Below, piece by piece: positions 1-10,529 of a stretch of DNA of 64,000 nucleotides. This DNA is from Flavobacteriales bacterium (GTDB lineage: Bacteria; Bacteroidota; Bacteroidia; Flavobacteriales; Flavobacteriaceae). The position numbers and the translations under genes were made by a program. The DNA lies in assembly GCA_027066365.1 (NCBI GenBank), contig JAMONV010000006.1, positions 3,532 through 67,531 on the forward strand. The letters are read 5' to 3'. A model generated the notes under the pieces. That model had not been told where the DNA came from and ran no database searches. It saw only the letters and a list, made by a program, of their open reading frames with translations. Numbering within the stretch: position 1 is the stretch's first letter; each line of letters starts with the position of its first letter.

Positions 1-2709
1 GCCCGTTTACAAAAACCCAAAAAAGCGGGAAAAGATACCGATTGGAAAACGATAGATGCGGAAATTAAGGCCAAGTTGGATCAATTGAAAAACGACGGAA
101 AGAAAGTATATTTCGTTACTTCCACTTTGGCTTCCCCTTCGTTTGAAAAACTTTTGGAGGATTTTAAATCCAAGTATGATAACGTAGAAGTGGTGTATGC
201 CGATCCAGTTTCTTATTCGGGTATTATTAATGCACATAAGAATCTTTTCGGCAAAGCGTCGATTCCTTCGTTCCGTTTTGATAAAGCCAAAGTGATTGTA
301 GGTTTTAATGCGGATTTTTTAGGCACTTGGTTATCCCCGGTTGAATTTTCGGCTCAATATGCCAAAGGGCGTGATTTGACCGGAGGGCAAAAGGAAATAT
401 CCAAACATTATCAATTTGAAAGTTTGATGAGTCTTACCGGCTCCAATGCCGATGAACGTGTTATTATTAAGCCCGCTCAAGAGAAAAAACTCATTATTAA
501 ACTTTATAATGCCATTGCCAAAGCAACCGGAAACGCTACATTGCCTCAACCTCAATGTGACAAGGATGTAAGCAAGGTAGCCAAAGATTTGTTGGCCAAT
601 AAAGGTGCTTCTTTGGTGGTTTCCGGAACCAACGATACGGCTATTCAAACCTTGACGGCCGGAATTAATTTGATGCTGGGTAATTATGGGAAAACCATCA
701 ATAATGAAAAGGCTTTTCTTGTTCGTCAAGGATCCGACGAGGGCCTCGAAAAAGTTTTGAATGATTTGGAAAGCGGACAAGCTTCAGGAGTTATTTTCCA
801 TAATATTAATCCGGTTTATGAATCAGGTGCTCGACAAAAGTGGAATAAGGCGATTAAAAAAGCTTCGCTTTCCGTTGCTTTCACCGAACGTATGGACGAA
901 ACGGCGGCTTCCGTTCAATATGTGCTGGCTAACAGCCATTATTTGGAAGCTTGGGGTGATGCACGGCCTTATGAAGGCTTGTTTATGCTTCAACAACCTG
1001 CTATCAATAAGCTTTGGAATACGCGTCAACCGCAAGAAAGCTTACTCAAATGGGCGGATATCGCCGGAGAATATGTCGATTATATCAAGAAATATTGGTC
1101 GGAGAAATTATTTCCCAATGTAGCCGGTTATAACGATTTCGATGATTTTTGGACGACTTCGTTACAAAACGGAGTAGTGGAAGTGAACATCCGAAATAAT
1201 GAGGCGGAAACTAAGGACGACGAATCGGTCAAGCAAGAACAATCCGGTGAAAAAAATCAAGGTGAAGAAAAACCCGTTACCGGTTTAAATTATATTCAGG
1301 CCAATGCTTCCGCACTCACGGCGTTTGAAAAGCCGAAAGGCATTGAATTGGTTCTCTATGAAAAAGTGGGAATGGGAATCGGTAAATATGCCAATAATCC
1401 ATGGTTGCAAGAATTCCCCGATCCGATAACCAAAGTGGTTTGGGATAACTACGTTAGCATATCGCCGAAACTGGCGCATAAAAAAGGCTGGAAGCAGGAA
1501 GATGTGGTGAAAGTGAAAGCCGGAAATGCCGTTGTTGAATTGCCTGTAGTGATTCAGCCCGGTCAGGATGAAGATACCATTGGAATTGCTTTGGGTTACG
1601 GACGAAAAGGTGTCGGCCCCATTGGTGACGGAATTGGTAAGTCCGTGACCGACTTTATTCAATTTAATAACGGAATACGAAATTATACGCGTATTCCCGT
1701 TGAAATAAGTGCTACGGGTGCTACTTATTCGATTGCTTCCACGCAGACCCATCATGTGATGGAAGGTCGCGACATTGTGAAGGAAACTACTTTGTCCGAC
1801 TGGCAAAAAGATCCTTCGTCGGGTAATGAGAAGCATCAATATTATTTGAAAAAACTCAAACACGTTACTTTATACGAACACGGCTACAATCCCGATGATT
1901 ATCCCGGACATCATTGGGGAATGGCAATCGATTTGAATAAATGTACGGGCTGTGGCGCATGTATAATCGCTTGTCAAGTGGAGAACAACATTGCCATTGT
2001 AGGCAAGGAAGAAGTGAAGAATAAGCGAATCATGCATTGGTTGCGCATCGATCGCTATTATTCGCAAGAAGAGAATGAAATGCATTCGCCGGTAGCGGAG
2101 AATCCCGAAGTGGTGCACCAGCCGGTGATGTGTCAGCATTGCGATAATGCGCCTTGTGAAAACGTATGTCCGGTAGCCGCTACACCCCATACCAACGAAG
2201 GACTCAACAGTATGGCCTATAACCGTTGTATCGGGACGCGCTATTGTATGAACAACTGTCCGTATAAAGTGCGTCGATTCAATTGGTATAACTTTGTGGA
2301 AGGCGGTAAATTCAATTATTTGTTTAATGACGACGTGAAACGCATGGTATTGAATCCTGATGTGGTGGTTCGTCAACGTGGTGTGGTTGAAAAATGTACC
2401 ATGTGTATTCAACGTATTCAAGCCGGCAAGTTACAAGCCAAAATCGAAGGAAGGCCGCTTAAAGACGGTGAAATCAAATTGGCTTGTGAACAAGCTTGTC
2501 CTACGGAAGCCATTGTATTTGGCGATACGAATATGAAGGATGCCCGCATCGTGAAACTCTTTGAAGACAAGCGGGCTTACGGCTTGCTCGAAGAGTTGCA
2601 TACTTTGCCCGGCGTGGTATATTTGACGAAAGTGCGTAACAAAGCACATGTGGATTTTGATTTCGGATTGGAAGCCGAAGGGCATCACGAAGAATCTCAT
2701 AACGCATAA
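1..2709 (+). CDS. actB: Alternative complex III subunit ActB (molybdopterin-oxidoreductase-like domain fused to a 4Fe-4S subunit); 5' end lies outside the window
   Basis: Frame 1 is open from nt 1, with no stop before the listed ORF at 76. The C-terminal half has NrfC/DmsB-type Cys clusters (CTGCGACIIAC, CQHCDNAPCENVCP, CIGTRYCMNNCP, CTMC..CEQACP). It is followed by the canonical ACIII gene order. Confidence 0.85.
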   Translation, partial: ARLQKPKKAGKDTDWKTIDAEIKAKLDQLKNDGKKVYFVTSTLASPSFEKLLEDFKSKYDNVEVVYADPVSYSGIINAHKNLFGKASIPSFRFDKAKVIVGFNADFLGTWLSPVEFSAQYAKGRDLTGGQKEISKHYQFESLMSLTGSNADERVIIKPAQEKKLIIKLYNAIAKATGNATLPQPQCDKDVSKVAKDLLANKGASLVVSGTNDTAIQTLTAGINLMLGNYGKTINNEKAFLVRQGSDEGLEKVLNDLESGQASGVIFHNINPVYESGARQKWNKAIKKASLSVAFTERMDETAASVQYVLANSHYLEAWGDARPYEGLFMLQQPAINKLWNTRQPQESLLKWADIAGEYVDYIKKYWSEKLFPNVAGYNDFDDFWTTSLQNGVVEVNIRNNEAETKDDESVKQEQSGEKNQGEEKPVTGLNYIQANASALTAFEKPKGIELVLYEKVGMGIGKYANNPWLQEFPDPITKVVWDNYVSISPKLAHKKGWKQEDVVKVKAGNAVVELPVVIQPGQDEDTIGIALGYGRKGVGPIGDGIGKSVTDFIQFNNGIRNYTRIPVEISATGATYSIASTQTHHVMEGRDIVKETTLSDWQKDPSSGNEKHQYYLKKLKHVTLYEHGYNPDDYPGHHWGMAIDLNKCTGCGACIIACQVENNIAIVGKEEVKNKRIMHWLRIDRYYSQEENEMHSPVAENPEVVHQPVMCQHCDNAPCENVCPVAATPHTNEGLNSMAYNRCIGTRYCMNNCPYKVRRFNWYNFVEGGKFNYLFNDDVKRMVLNPDVVVRQRGVVEKCTMCIQRIQAGKLQAKIEGRPLKDGEIKLACEQACPTEAIVFGDTNMKDARIVKLFEDKRAYGLLEELHTLPGVVYLTKVRNKAHVDFDFGLEAEGHHEESHNA

Positions 2710-2720
2710 AAGGAATCATT

Positions 2721-4142
2721 ATGTATAAAAAGGAAGTTCGTGGCGAATTAATACTCGGTAATAAATCTTATGCCAATATTACCGAAGATGTATTGCGCCA
2801 TCAGGAGTCGCAAAAAAAGTGGTATAATGCCCCTGCATGGTGGTGGATAGCTTTTGTTATATTCTTTATTTTAATGAGTATCGGCCTGGGTTGGGCGGTA
2901 TCCTATAAGACCATTACTCAAGGTATCGGGACTTGGGGAAACAATAACCAAACCGCCTGGGGATGGGCAATTATCAATTTTGTATGGTGGATCGGTATCG
3001 GACATGCCGGTACGGCTTTTTCCATCTTTTTGCTGGTATTGCGTCAAAAGTGGCGAACCTCAATTAACCGGGCGGCGGAAGCCATGACTATTTTCGCCGT
3101 TATGGCGGCCGGTTTGTTTCCCGCAATCCACGTAGGACGTCCTTGGGATGAAATTTTCATTTTTCCATACGGACCCAACAGTCGAGGATTATGGGTTAAC
3201 TGGAATTCACCGTTGCTTTGGGACGTAATCGCTATTACCACATACCTGACCACTTCGTTTTTGTTTTGGTACATCGGTATGATTCCCGATTTTGCAACGA
3301 TACGGGAACGTTCCAGCGGAATTAAGAAGAAAATTTTCAGTGCCTTGAGCTTCGGATTTGTGGGACACATGAAAAGCTGGAGACGGTTTGAGGATGCGGT
3401 TTATATCCTGGGAGGATTGGCTGCGCCTTTGGTTATTTCGGTGCACTCGATCGTATCCACCGACTTTTCGGCCGGTATCGTTCCCGGTTGGCATGAAACC
3501 ATTTTCCCGCCTTTCTTTGTGGTAGGAGCCATTTTCTCCGGTTTCGCCATGGTGCTAACCTTGATGATTATTATCCGAAAAGTCTATAAATTACACGAAT
3601 ACGTAACCGATGATCACCTCGATGCCATTGCCCGTATCATTATTTTTGTGAGTTTGATTATGGGTTCGGCCTATTTGATTGAAGAATTTATTGCTTATTA
3701 CTCGGCCAATCCGTATGAGAAATACATTTTCCTCGATAGTTATTTGAAAGGTGATTATGCATGGACCTATTGGGGTATGGTTATTTTCAATGCTTTTGTG
3801 CCGCAATTGTTCTGGTTTAGAAAAGTAAGACGAAATCTGTTGTGGCTTTTCATCATTTCGATTATCATTAATATCGGAATGTGGCTGGAACGTTATAACA
3901 TTGTAATACCACCGACGGCTCAAGACTTTTTGCCTGCGAACTGGGGCGAATATCATCCCACCATGGTCGATATTTGGAACTATTTGGGTACGATAGGTTT
4001 GTTTGGTGTCGGTGTATTGCTCTTTATGCGTTACTTGCCGATTATGGCTATGAATGAATTGAAGCAACAAGCGAAACGTCAAACCGAATTGACCGTTGAA
4101 GCTTCCGTTTACGATATCCTGGAGAAAAAAATAGTAAAATGA
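2721..4142 (+). CDS. actC: Alternative complex III subunit ActC (NrfD/PsrC-like polytopic membrane quinol-binding subunit)
   Basis: 473-aa multi-TM protein starting 12 nt after the actB stop. NrfD-like hydrophobic pattern and ACIII synteny. Confidence 0.85.
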   Translation: MYKKEVRGELILGNKSYANITEDVLRHQESQKKWYNAPAWWWIAFVIFFILMSIGLGWAVSYKTITQGIGTWGNNNQTAWGWAIINFVWWIGIGHAGTAFSIFLLVLRQKWRTSINRAAEAMTIFAVMAAGLFPAIHVGRPWDEIFIFPYGPNSRGLWVNWNSPLLWDVIAITTYLTTSFLFWYIGMIPDFATIRERSSGIKKKIFSALSFGFVGHMKSWRRFEDAVYILGGLAAPLVISVHSIVSTDFSAGIVPGWHETIFPPFFVVGAIFSGFAMVLTLMIIIRKVYKLHEYVTDDHLDAIARIIIFVSLIMGSAYLIEEFIAYYSANPYEKYIFLDSYLKGDYAWTYWGMVIFNAFVPQLFWFRKVRRNLLWLFIISIIINIGMWLERYNIVIPPTAQDFLPANWGEYHPTMVDIWNYLGTIGLFGVGVLLFMRYLPIMAMNELKQQAKRQTELTVEASVYDILEKKIVK

Positions 4143-4639
4143 AAAAATACATAGGAGTTTACGATAACGACGTAAAGTTGCTCGAAGGCATCGATGAAAT
4201 GGTCGATGAAAAAGTTCCCGTGGAGGATGTGATTACGCCTTTTGTGATAGAAGAATTATTGGAAAAGTTGAAAGTTCATTCCAATATTCAATTTCTGGGT
4301 TTTCTTTACGGAGTTTTTGCCGTGATTAGCATCTTCGCGGGCTTATATTACACCTTTGTGATCGATTATCCGCTTAATATCGGCGGTAAGCCCAATTTGT
4401 CGCTCACCTTTGTGGTTCTTTTGTTTGTGGGAATGGTTTTGACTGTGGTATTATTGACTACCGGAACCTTTTTCCACCAAGAACGATTATATCCGATGAA
4501 AAAGCCACCCTTTGAATATCCCGGAATGCATACGGATAAATTCGTTGTGGTGGTGGATCTTTCCCATAAGCAAAAAGCTTCGTCGATATTTGAGAAGACC
4601 GGAGCTATCGATATGCAGGAAATAGAAGTAAACGCTTAA
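4139..4639 (+). CDS. actD: Alternative complex III subunit ActD (DUF3341-like)
   Basis: ATGA start/stop overlap with actC. 166 aa with a soluble N-terminal part plus 2 TM segments. Position matches ActD. Confidence 0.7.
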   Translation: MKKYIGVYDNDVKLLEGIDEMVDEKVPVEDVITPFVIEELLEKLKVHSNIQFLGFLYGVFAVISIFAGLYYTFVIDYPLNIGGKPNLSLTFVVLLFVGMVLTVVLLTTGTFFHQERLYPMKKPPFEYPGMHTDKFVVVVDLSHKQKASSIFEKTGAIDMQEIEVNA

Positions 4640-4649
4640 ACCGGAAACT

Positions 4650-5222
4650 ATGAAAAGAATCGTTATATTATTGGTCGCGGTTGTTGTGCTGGGTGCGTGT
4701 AATCATCATCAGGAGAAGACCCAATGGGATTATATGGGTGCTTTCGATATGTATTATTCCAAGGCATATGAAAGTTATTCACCCAATAAATATTTACCGG
4801 GCGGAATGACTTTGCAAAAGGCACCCGAAGGAACCGTAGCGCGAGGTAAAAAACCGTATCCTTTCAAAAACAAATTGGCCGACCGCAAAAAGGCCGGAGA
4901 AGTGTTGAAAAATCCCATGCAACCTACCAAAGCCAATTTGGCGAAAGGTAAGGAAATGTATGAACGGTTTTGTGCCATTTGCCATGGAAAAGACGGCAAA
5001 GGTATGGCTACGGCGGATAACAATACTTTATATAAAAAGAAATTATATCCCATTCCGCCCGCCAATTTGGCAACCGAAACCGTTAAAAATTATCCCGACG
5101 GTGAAATTTTCCATGTAATTACCATGGGTTCTGCTATTATGGGTGCACACGGAAGCCAGATTAAGCCGGATGATCGCTGGCGTATTGTATTGTATATTAA
5201 AAACGGTTTCAAAGTAAATTAA
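4650..5222 (+). CDS. actE: Alternative complex III subunit ActE, monohaem cytochrome c lipoprotein
   Basis: Signal peptide with a lipobox-like LGAC. Single CxxCH haem motif (CAICH). Position follows actD. Confidence 0.75.
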   Translation: MKRIVILLVAVVVLGACNHHQEKTQWDYMGAFDMYYSKAYESYSPNKYLPGGMTLQKAPEGTVARGKKPYPFKNKLADRKKAGEVLKNPMQPTKANLAKGKEMYERFCAICHGKDGKGMATADNNTLYKKKLYPIPPANLATETVKNYPDGEIFHVITMGSAIMGAHGSQIKPDDRWRIVLYIKNGFKVN

Positions 5223-5228
5223 TGCCTT

Positions 5229-6425
5229 ATGGAACGACAATTCGAATTCACCAAAAAATTGAAGACTTTTACCTATATTCTTATGGCTATCGGAATGGTG
5301 GCTACGGCCATTGGATTTTTAACCGATAAAAACCGTGCATGGTCTTCATTGTTATTGAATAATTATTATTTTCTATCCCTATCATTGGGAGCTATATTTT
5401 GGATGGCGATTCAGTATATCACCGAAGCGGGATGGTCGGCTGCGTTTAAGCGTGTTCCCGAATCAATGGCTTCCTATTTGTTGCCGGCTTTTGCCCTGAT
5501 GTTGATCATAGCAACGCTAGGTGTAAAAGTATTATACCAATGGGCTGATCCGGGAACGCACTACGATGCTTTCGAACTGAAATTCATCAGTCATCATTTG
5601 CACGAAAAAGCAGGTTATCTCAATCTCGGATTTTTTGTAGTTAGAACAGTTGTTTATTTTATTCTTTGGTGGCTGGTGATCCGGGTGCTTATTAATTTCT
5701 CGAAGAAAGAAGACGCCAATAAAGAACAAGCCATGCATTGGCATCATAAATCCTGGTATTATTCACGGGTTTATATTTTCGTATGGGCTTTGACCTTTAT
5801 TTTTGCATCGGTGGATTATATGATGAGTATCGAAAGCATGTGGTTCAGTCACATATTTCCCGTGAAAGAAATTATTTCCGCTTTTGTGCATGGTGCAGCA
5901 GCCATTATCCTATTCATTATTTACCTTTACTACAAGGGATACTATAATTTTGTCAATAAATCACATTGGCAGGATTTGAGTAAATACGTATTTATGGGTG
6001 CCATTTTGTTCGGCTATGCGTGGTATTTCCAATACATGCTCATTTGGTATGGAAATATTCCCGAAGAAACCGAATATTATTTCTTGCGCAGGTTCCATTT
6101 TTCTCAAACGCTTTTTGTGCTTTCTATCGTGTTGAATTTTGTTATTCCGTTTAGTTTGTTGTTGTGGAATCGTTGGGCGAGAAATCCCAAGTTTTTAATG
6201 ATTGCGGCTATTGTGTTTTTGTTAGGTAAATATTTGGAGCATTATTTGATGGTTTATCCCGATATCGTTAAACATCCCGTTTTCGGATTTACCGAAATCG
6301 GCATGTTCATCGGATTTGCCGGATTGTTTATGTTTTTGACATTTAATGCATTGTCGAAACGTAAGTTGTTGCCGGTGAATCATCCTTATTTTGAAGAAAG
6401 CATTTTGCATCACATCCCCCATTAA
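5229..6425 (+). CDS. actF: Alternative complex III subunit ActF (NrfD-related membrane subunit)
   Basis: 398-aa polytopic membrane protein, the last gene of the act cluster, followed by a hairpin and T-run. Confidence 0.7.
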   Translation: MERQFEFTKKLKTFTYILMAIGMVATAIGFLTDKNRAWSSLLLNNYYFLSLSLGAIFWMAIQYITEAGWSAAFKRVPESMASYLLPAFALMLIIATLGVKVLYQWADPGTHYDAFELKFISHHLHEKAGYLNLGFFVVRTVVYFILWWLVIRVLINFSKKEDANKEQAMHWHHKSWYYSRVYIFVWALTFIFASVDYMMSIESMWFSHIFPVKEIISAFVHGAAAIILFIIYLYYKGYYNFVNKSHWQDLSKYVFMGAILFGYAWYFQYMLIWYGNIPEETEYYFLRRFHFSQTLFVLSIVLNFVIPFSLLLWNRWARNPKFLMIAAIVFLLGKYLEHYLMVYPDIVKHPVFGFTEIGMFIGFAGLFMFLTFNALSKRKLLPVNHPYFEESILHHIPH

Positions 6426-6448
6426 TATTTTTTAATGTAGTATAATAG

Positions 6449-6490
6449 CGGTCCTTGTCGAGTGTTGGGCGAGGACCGTTTTTATTTTTT
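6449..6490 (+). terminator. Putative intrinsic terminator after actF
   Basis: CGGTCCT (6449-6455) pairs with AGGACCG (6472-6478) around a 16-nt loop, followed by a T-rich run to 6490. Confidence 0.5.
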
Positions 6491-6503
6491 AGTGAAAAAA
6501 TCT

Positions 6504-6511
6504 TATTTTTG
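6504..6511 (+). promoter_or_regulatory. Bacteroidetes-type -7 promoter element (TAnnTTTG)
   Basis: TATTTTTG lies 19 nt upstream of the ATG at 6531. This is a motif match only. Confidence 0.3.
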
Positions 6512-6530
6512 AAAAAACAAAACCGCTTTT

Positions 6531-6893
6531 ATGAGAAAATTTTTCTTGTTATTTTATGTTTTTTTCTTAATCAAATTACACGGTCAGCAAACGACTGTCA
6601 ATCATCAAGTGGATGAATTGCTAAAGCAAAAGGCGGAATGTTTTGAAAAACACAAAGTCGATTATTTGTATTTTATTCAAATATATAATGGTAAGGATTT
6701 GGAACGAGCGCGTGCGGTTTTGCGTGAATATTTGAATAAATTCCCCGATTCGAAAGCGATTGTTCGTTGGGAAAATCCGGAATATAAGGTTTGGACGGGA
6801 GAATATCTAAACAAATGGGAAGTGGAAAAAGCCATGCAACTACTGAGCGATGAATATCCCAATGCATTGATCGTTTATCCGAAAATTCGTTGA
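6531..6893 (+). CDS. Secreted SPOR-like domain protein
   Basis: N-terminal signal peptide. The C-terminal ~70 aa follows the SPOR pattern (Y.IQI..G.d.e.A ... YKVWTGEY...EVEKAMQLL). Its stop codon abuts the rodA stop, convergent with zero spacer. Confidence 0.5.
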   Translation: MRKFFLLFYVFFLIKLHGQQTTVNHQVDELLKQKAECFEKHKVDYLYFIQIYNGKDLERARAVLREYLNKFPDSKAIVRWENPEYKVWTGEYLNKWEVEKAMQLLSDEYPNALIVYPKIR

Positions 6894-8168
6894 TTACCAT
6901 TCTTCCACCCGGTGGGCATCGAATTTTAATACGAGGAAGAGGAAAACCGTAAATATTACCAAGGATGTTCCGCCATAGCTAACAAACGGTATGGGAATGC
7001 CAACGGTGGGAAATAATCCGGTAACCATCATTATGTTTAGAAGAAAATGCATGGCCAACACAGATGCCAGTGAATAGGCCAAGACGCGTGAAAAGGTTGA
7101 TTTTTGTCTTTCCGCCAATTGAAACAGGCGAACAATAAGCATTAAATAAAGAGCCATAAAAAATATACTTCCGGTCCATCCGAATTGTTCGGCTAATGCG
7201 GTAAAAATATAATCGGTGTGTTGTTCGGGGATGTATTTTCCGCGTAGTTGTGTGCCGTTGAGAAAACCTTCGCCTTTCCATCTTCCGCTGCTAATGGCAA
7301 TTAAGGATTGCTTGAGGTGATAACCCGATCCGCGATCGTCTTTGATTTTTCCGAGAATCAAATCGATGCGTTTTTGTTGGTGAGGTTTTAAGATGTGTTT
7401 GTAGGTATATTGCGAGAGATACACCCAACCTATTGCCGCCAGCGTTAGCAAAATAACGAAGGACGATAAGATGATTTTGTTTTTTTTAAATTTCCAAAAG
7501 ATAATGACGACAAGTATAAGCGCAACGGAAAGTATTCCCGTCATAATATGCACAAAGGGAAAATACAGCGCCATAATAAACAAAAGAATAATTCCGATTC
7601 CCGTTATCACGATGGACGTAGGCAGGCCTTCACGCCACAAAACGGCAATAAAAGCAAAATAAATCAATGCTGTTCCCAAGTCAGGTTGAAGAAGAATGAG
7701 CAAAACGGGTAATCCGATGAGTAATAAAACCTTTAATAAATTAACGGGTTGGTTGAGTTTGAAATTTTTTTCGGAAATGAGTTTGGCCAGTCCCAAAGCA
7801 ACAGCTATTTTGGCCAATTCGGAAGGTTGAAAATTAAAAAATCCGAGTGAATACCAAGATTTTGCGCCTGAAATTTCTTTACCCGCCACAAACAATCCGG
7901 CCAATAAGACCAGGGTGAGTAAATAGGGCAGTGAAGCCCATTGCGCGATAAGTTTTTTATCTAACAAGCTCATTGCAAATGATAAGGTTAAGGCTACCGC
8001 AAGCCAAAAACTCTGTTTGCCGTAGTGGGTTTGCATGAACGGTCGTCCGGGTAATTGATAATAGTCCACGGAATAAATAAGCGTTATGCCAATCGCTGTG
8101 ATCGTTAAAAACAATAAAATGCTCAACCAATCATAGTCCAGAATGTTAATTCTTTTTTTGCGGGCCAT
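6894..8168 (-). CDS. rodA: Rod shape-determining protein RodA (SEDS family peptidoglycan polymerase)
   Basis: 424-aa FtsW/RodA/SpoVE-type 10-TM protein, last gene of the mre-mrdA-rodA operon. Its start overlaps the mrdA end by 23 nt. Confidence 0.9.
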   Translation of the reverse strand: MARKKRINILDYDWLSILLFLTITAIGITLIYSVDYYQLPGRPFMQTHYGKQSFWLAVALTLSFAMSLLDKKLIAQWASLPYLLTLVLLAGLFVAGKEISGAKSWYSLGFFNFQPSELAKIAVALGLAKLISEKNFKLNQPVNLLKVLLLIGLPVLLILLQPDLGTALIYFAFIAVLWREGLPTSIVITGIGIILLFIMALYFPFVHIMTGILSVALILVVIIFWKFKKNKIILSSFVILLTLAAIGWVYLSQYTYKHILKPHQQKRIDLILGKIKDDRGSGYHLKQSLIAISSGRWKGEGFLNGTQLRGKYIPEQHTDYIFTALAEQFGWTGSIFFMALYLMLIVRLFQLAERQKSTFSRVLAYSLASVLAMHFLLNIMMVTGLFPTVGIPIPFVSYGGTSLVIFTVFLFLVLKFDAHRVEEW

Positions 8169-10008
8169 AAGTTTTCAATTCGTAAATTTTGTTTAAATTC
8201 GCTTGTAAGACTTTATCCAGCAAATCCTGTCGTGTGATTTTTCCTTTGAGATATTTCTCAATAATTAACGAAGCAATGGGCGCAGCCAAAGTGGCGCCGA
8301 AACCGCCGTTCTCAATAAAAACGGAAACGACGATTTTCGGTTTTTCCACAGGTGCCATAGCAACGAAAATAGAGTGATCGGGGAGTTTGATGCGTTTTCC
8401 GTTGATGCGGGTGAAATTTTCGGCCGTTCCCGTTTTTCCTCCGATATTAATTCCGGGAATTTGTGAATATTTGGCCGTTCCGGTTCGATAAACATCCAGC
8501 ATGCCTTGAATAACGGGTTGAAAGTGTACGCTGTCGATTCCCGTAAAATGTTTGATTCTGAAACGATATTCGGGCGGATGATTGTCGACGGATTTCAATA
8601 TATGAGGCGTGTAATAAAAACCTCGATTGGCTATGGCAGCCATTACATTAGCCATTTGAATGGGAGTCACCAGCACTTGTCCTTGTCCGATGCCGTTGGA
8701 GATAGTGTTCATGCTTTTCCAACGGTCATGCCCGAAGTAGCGATGATAGTAGGCACTATCGGGTACCAATCCTTTACGCCCGACCGGCAAATCATAGTGC
8801 AAATAGTCTCCGAGGCCGAAATTTTTTAGATAACCGGCCCAGCGGTTGATCCCTTTCTGTGCACTACCGGGCTTATCCAAAATACGCAAATAAGTTTGCG
8901 AAAAGTAAGTATTGCAAGAGTGGGGCAGGGCATAACGGAGATGCACTATACGTCCGTTTGCGCCGCAATGACAATGCATAAACCGGTTACCGTATTTAAA
9001 ACCATGATTGCATTTATAGCCTGTGTGCCGGTTGATAACTCCTTCTTGCAATCCAATGAGTGCTTCCAGAAGTTTAAAGGGAGAACCCGGCGGATAAGTG
9101 CCGAGCAAGCTTCGGTCATACATGGGTTTATGAAGCTTGTCGCCAAGGAGGCGTTTAATAACTTGATTTCTTTTTCTACCGCTTAATAAGGACGGGTTGT
9201 ATGACGGAGCGCTTACCAATGCCAAAATTTCGCCGGTTCCGGGTTCTATAGCCACCACTGCACCGTGTTTGTTAATCATTAAGCTGTCGATAAAAGCTTG
9301 TAGTTCTATATCGATGGTGAGTTTTAGGTTTTTTCCGGGAACCGGAGCAAGGTCAAAAGAACCGTTTTCGTACGGTTTGGTTTTCCGGTTTAATTTATCG
9401 CGGTAGAAATAACGATAGCCTTTTTGACCGCGCAAGATTTTTTCATAATATTTTTCTATACCTGCCGCGCCAACCAAATCTCCGGGTTCATAAAAACTGT
9501 CTTTTTTGATTAACGAAGGACTGACTTCCTGTAGATACCCCAGTACATTGGCGGCATGTTGTGTGAAATATTTACGAATATGGCGTTTTCGTATACTAAA
9601 ACCGGGATAGTTAAATAATGTAGCTTTTAACGGTGCGATTTCTTCTTTCAGATATTGACCGGAAACCTGTGATGCTTTGTAGAGGGAGTATTTTTTAGCT
9701 TTGATCAGGCTTCGTTTCAGTTCTTCGGGGGAAATATCCAAAAGGTCGGCTAAGGCAAGCGTATCGAATGCTTTGGTTTCGGATGGCGTTACATAAACGG
9801 AATAAATCGGTTGATTGGATACCAAAAGACGACCCTTTCGATCATAAATCAACCCGCGTTCGGGTTCTACACTTTCTTTCAACAAGGCATTCAGGCGGGC
9901 CCATTTTTTATACCGGTTTTCTTGAAGTTGCAAAAAACTTAATCGCCAAATAATTCCCAGAGAAAAAATTCCGAGGATGGATATGATAATGTAGGTTCGC
10001 TTATTCAT
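8146..10008 (-). CDS. mrdA: Penicillin-binding protein 2 (elongasome transpeptidase)
   Basis: Carries SxxK (GSPFK), SxN (SCN) and KTG (GKTGTAE) motifs. The start is set at MNKRTY (ATG 10008-10006), which forms an ATGA overlap with the mreD stop. The 21 codons upstream in the listed ORF are probably not translated. Confidence 0.9.
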   Translation of the reverse strand: MNKRTYIIISILGIFSLGIIWRLSFLQLQENRYKKWARLNALLKESVEPERGLIYDRKGRLLVSNQPIYSVYVTPSETKAFDTLALADLLDISPEELKRSLIKAKKYSLYKASQVSGQYLKEEIAPLKATLFNYPGFSIRKRHIRKYFTQHAANVLGYLQEVSPSLIKKDSFYEPGDLVGAAGIEKYYEKILRGQKGYRYFYRDKLNRKTKPYENGSFDLAPVPGKNLKLTIDIELQAFIDSLMINKHGAVVAIEPGTGEILALVSAPSYNPSLLSGRKRNQVIKRLLGDKLHKPMYDRSLLGTYPPGSPFKLLEALIGLQEGVINRHTGYKCNHGFKYGNRFMHCHCGANGRIVHLRYALPHSCNTYFSQTYLRILDKPGSAQKGINRWAGYLKNFGLGDYLHYDLPVGRKGLVPDSAYYHRYFGHDRWKSMNTISNGIGQGQVLVTPIQMANVMAAIANRGFYYTPHILKSVDNHPPEYRFRIKHFTGIDSVHFQPVIQGMLDVYRTGTAKYSQIPGINIGGKTGTAENFTRINGKRIKLPDHSIFVAMAPVEKPKIVVSVFIENGGFGATLAAPIASLIIEKYLKGKITRQDLLDKVLQANLNKIYELKTYGPQKKN

Positions 10009-10529
10009 AAAGAAGGCAATTTGGAAACATTGCCGTGAGCCGGTCGAATGAATAGAATCACGATTATCCAAATAAGAAAAGCCGTGCTAGCGCTTTGAAT
10101 TAGAACCGGCAATCCTTGATCGATCCATTCCGACATTTTCGTTTGATCAAAGATGTAAACCAGACTTTCAAAAATTAAGGAAGAAGCAAATAGATAAATG
10201 CTAAATGTTGGAACAGGCCATTTTAGGGGACGGCCGACCGGACGTTTTTTTTGTTTGTTTAAAAAACGGAATAATACGAGTCGCAAGAGCATATAAGTAA
10301 CGGATGAAGCGGTAAATAATCCGCCGGTGTAATAGATAATGTCGGCAATCAATCCGGTAACGAATCCAATGCTAAGCTGTAGCCATCCCGGTTTATCGTG
10401 CGGAAAAAAAAGCAGAATGAAAAGGAAAAAATGAGGAGTGTAGGCCCAATAGACATTCATATTGGTTGACCATACCAAATCCAATAAAATCATAATCAAA
10501 GACCATAAGAAATATCGTTCAATTTTCAT
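10005..10529 (-). CDS. mreD: Rod shape-determining protein MreD
   Basis: 174-aa polytopic membrane protein between mreC and mrdA. Confidence 0.75.
   Translation of the reverse strand: MKIERYFLWSLIMILLDLVWSTNMNVYWAYTPHFFLFILLFFPHDKPGWLQLSIGFVTGLIADIIYYTGGLFTASSVTYMLLRLVLFRFLNKQKKRPVGRPLKWPVPTFSIYLFASSLIFESLVYIFDQTKMSEWIDQGLPVLIQSASTAFLIWIIVILFIRPAHGNVSKLPSL

Noticed and set aside
1285-2421. Long antisense ORFs opposite actB (192 aa and 183 aa). Similar shadow ORFs occur at 14403-14972, 23565-24131, 25090-25623, 32093-32626, 41286-41840 and 58861-59463.
   Set aside because: Each lies entirely inside a confidently identified conserved gene on the other strand. Their composition is odd (H/R/F/I-rich) and they have no motifs. 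They are typical frame-shadow ORFs.
6891-6896. Back-to-back stop codons of convergent SPOR-like and rodA genes with zero spacer, as a special regulatory arrangement.
   Set aside because: This is common in compact genomes, and no hairpin or other signal supports a specific mechanism.
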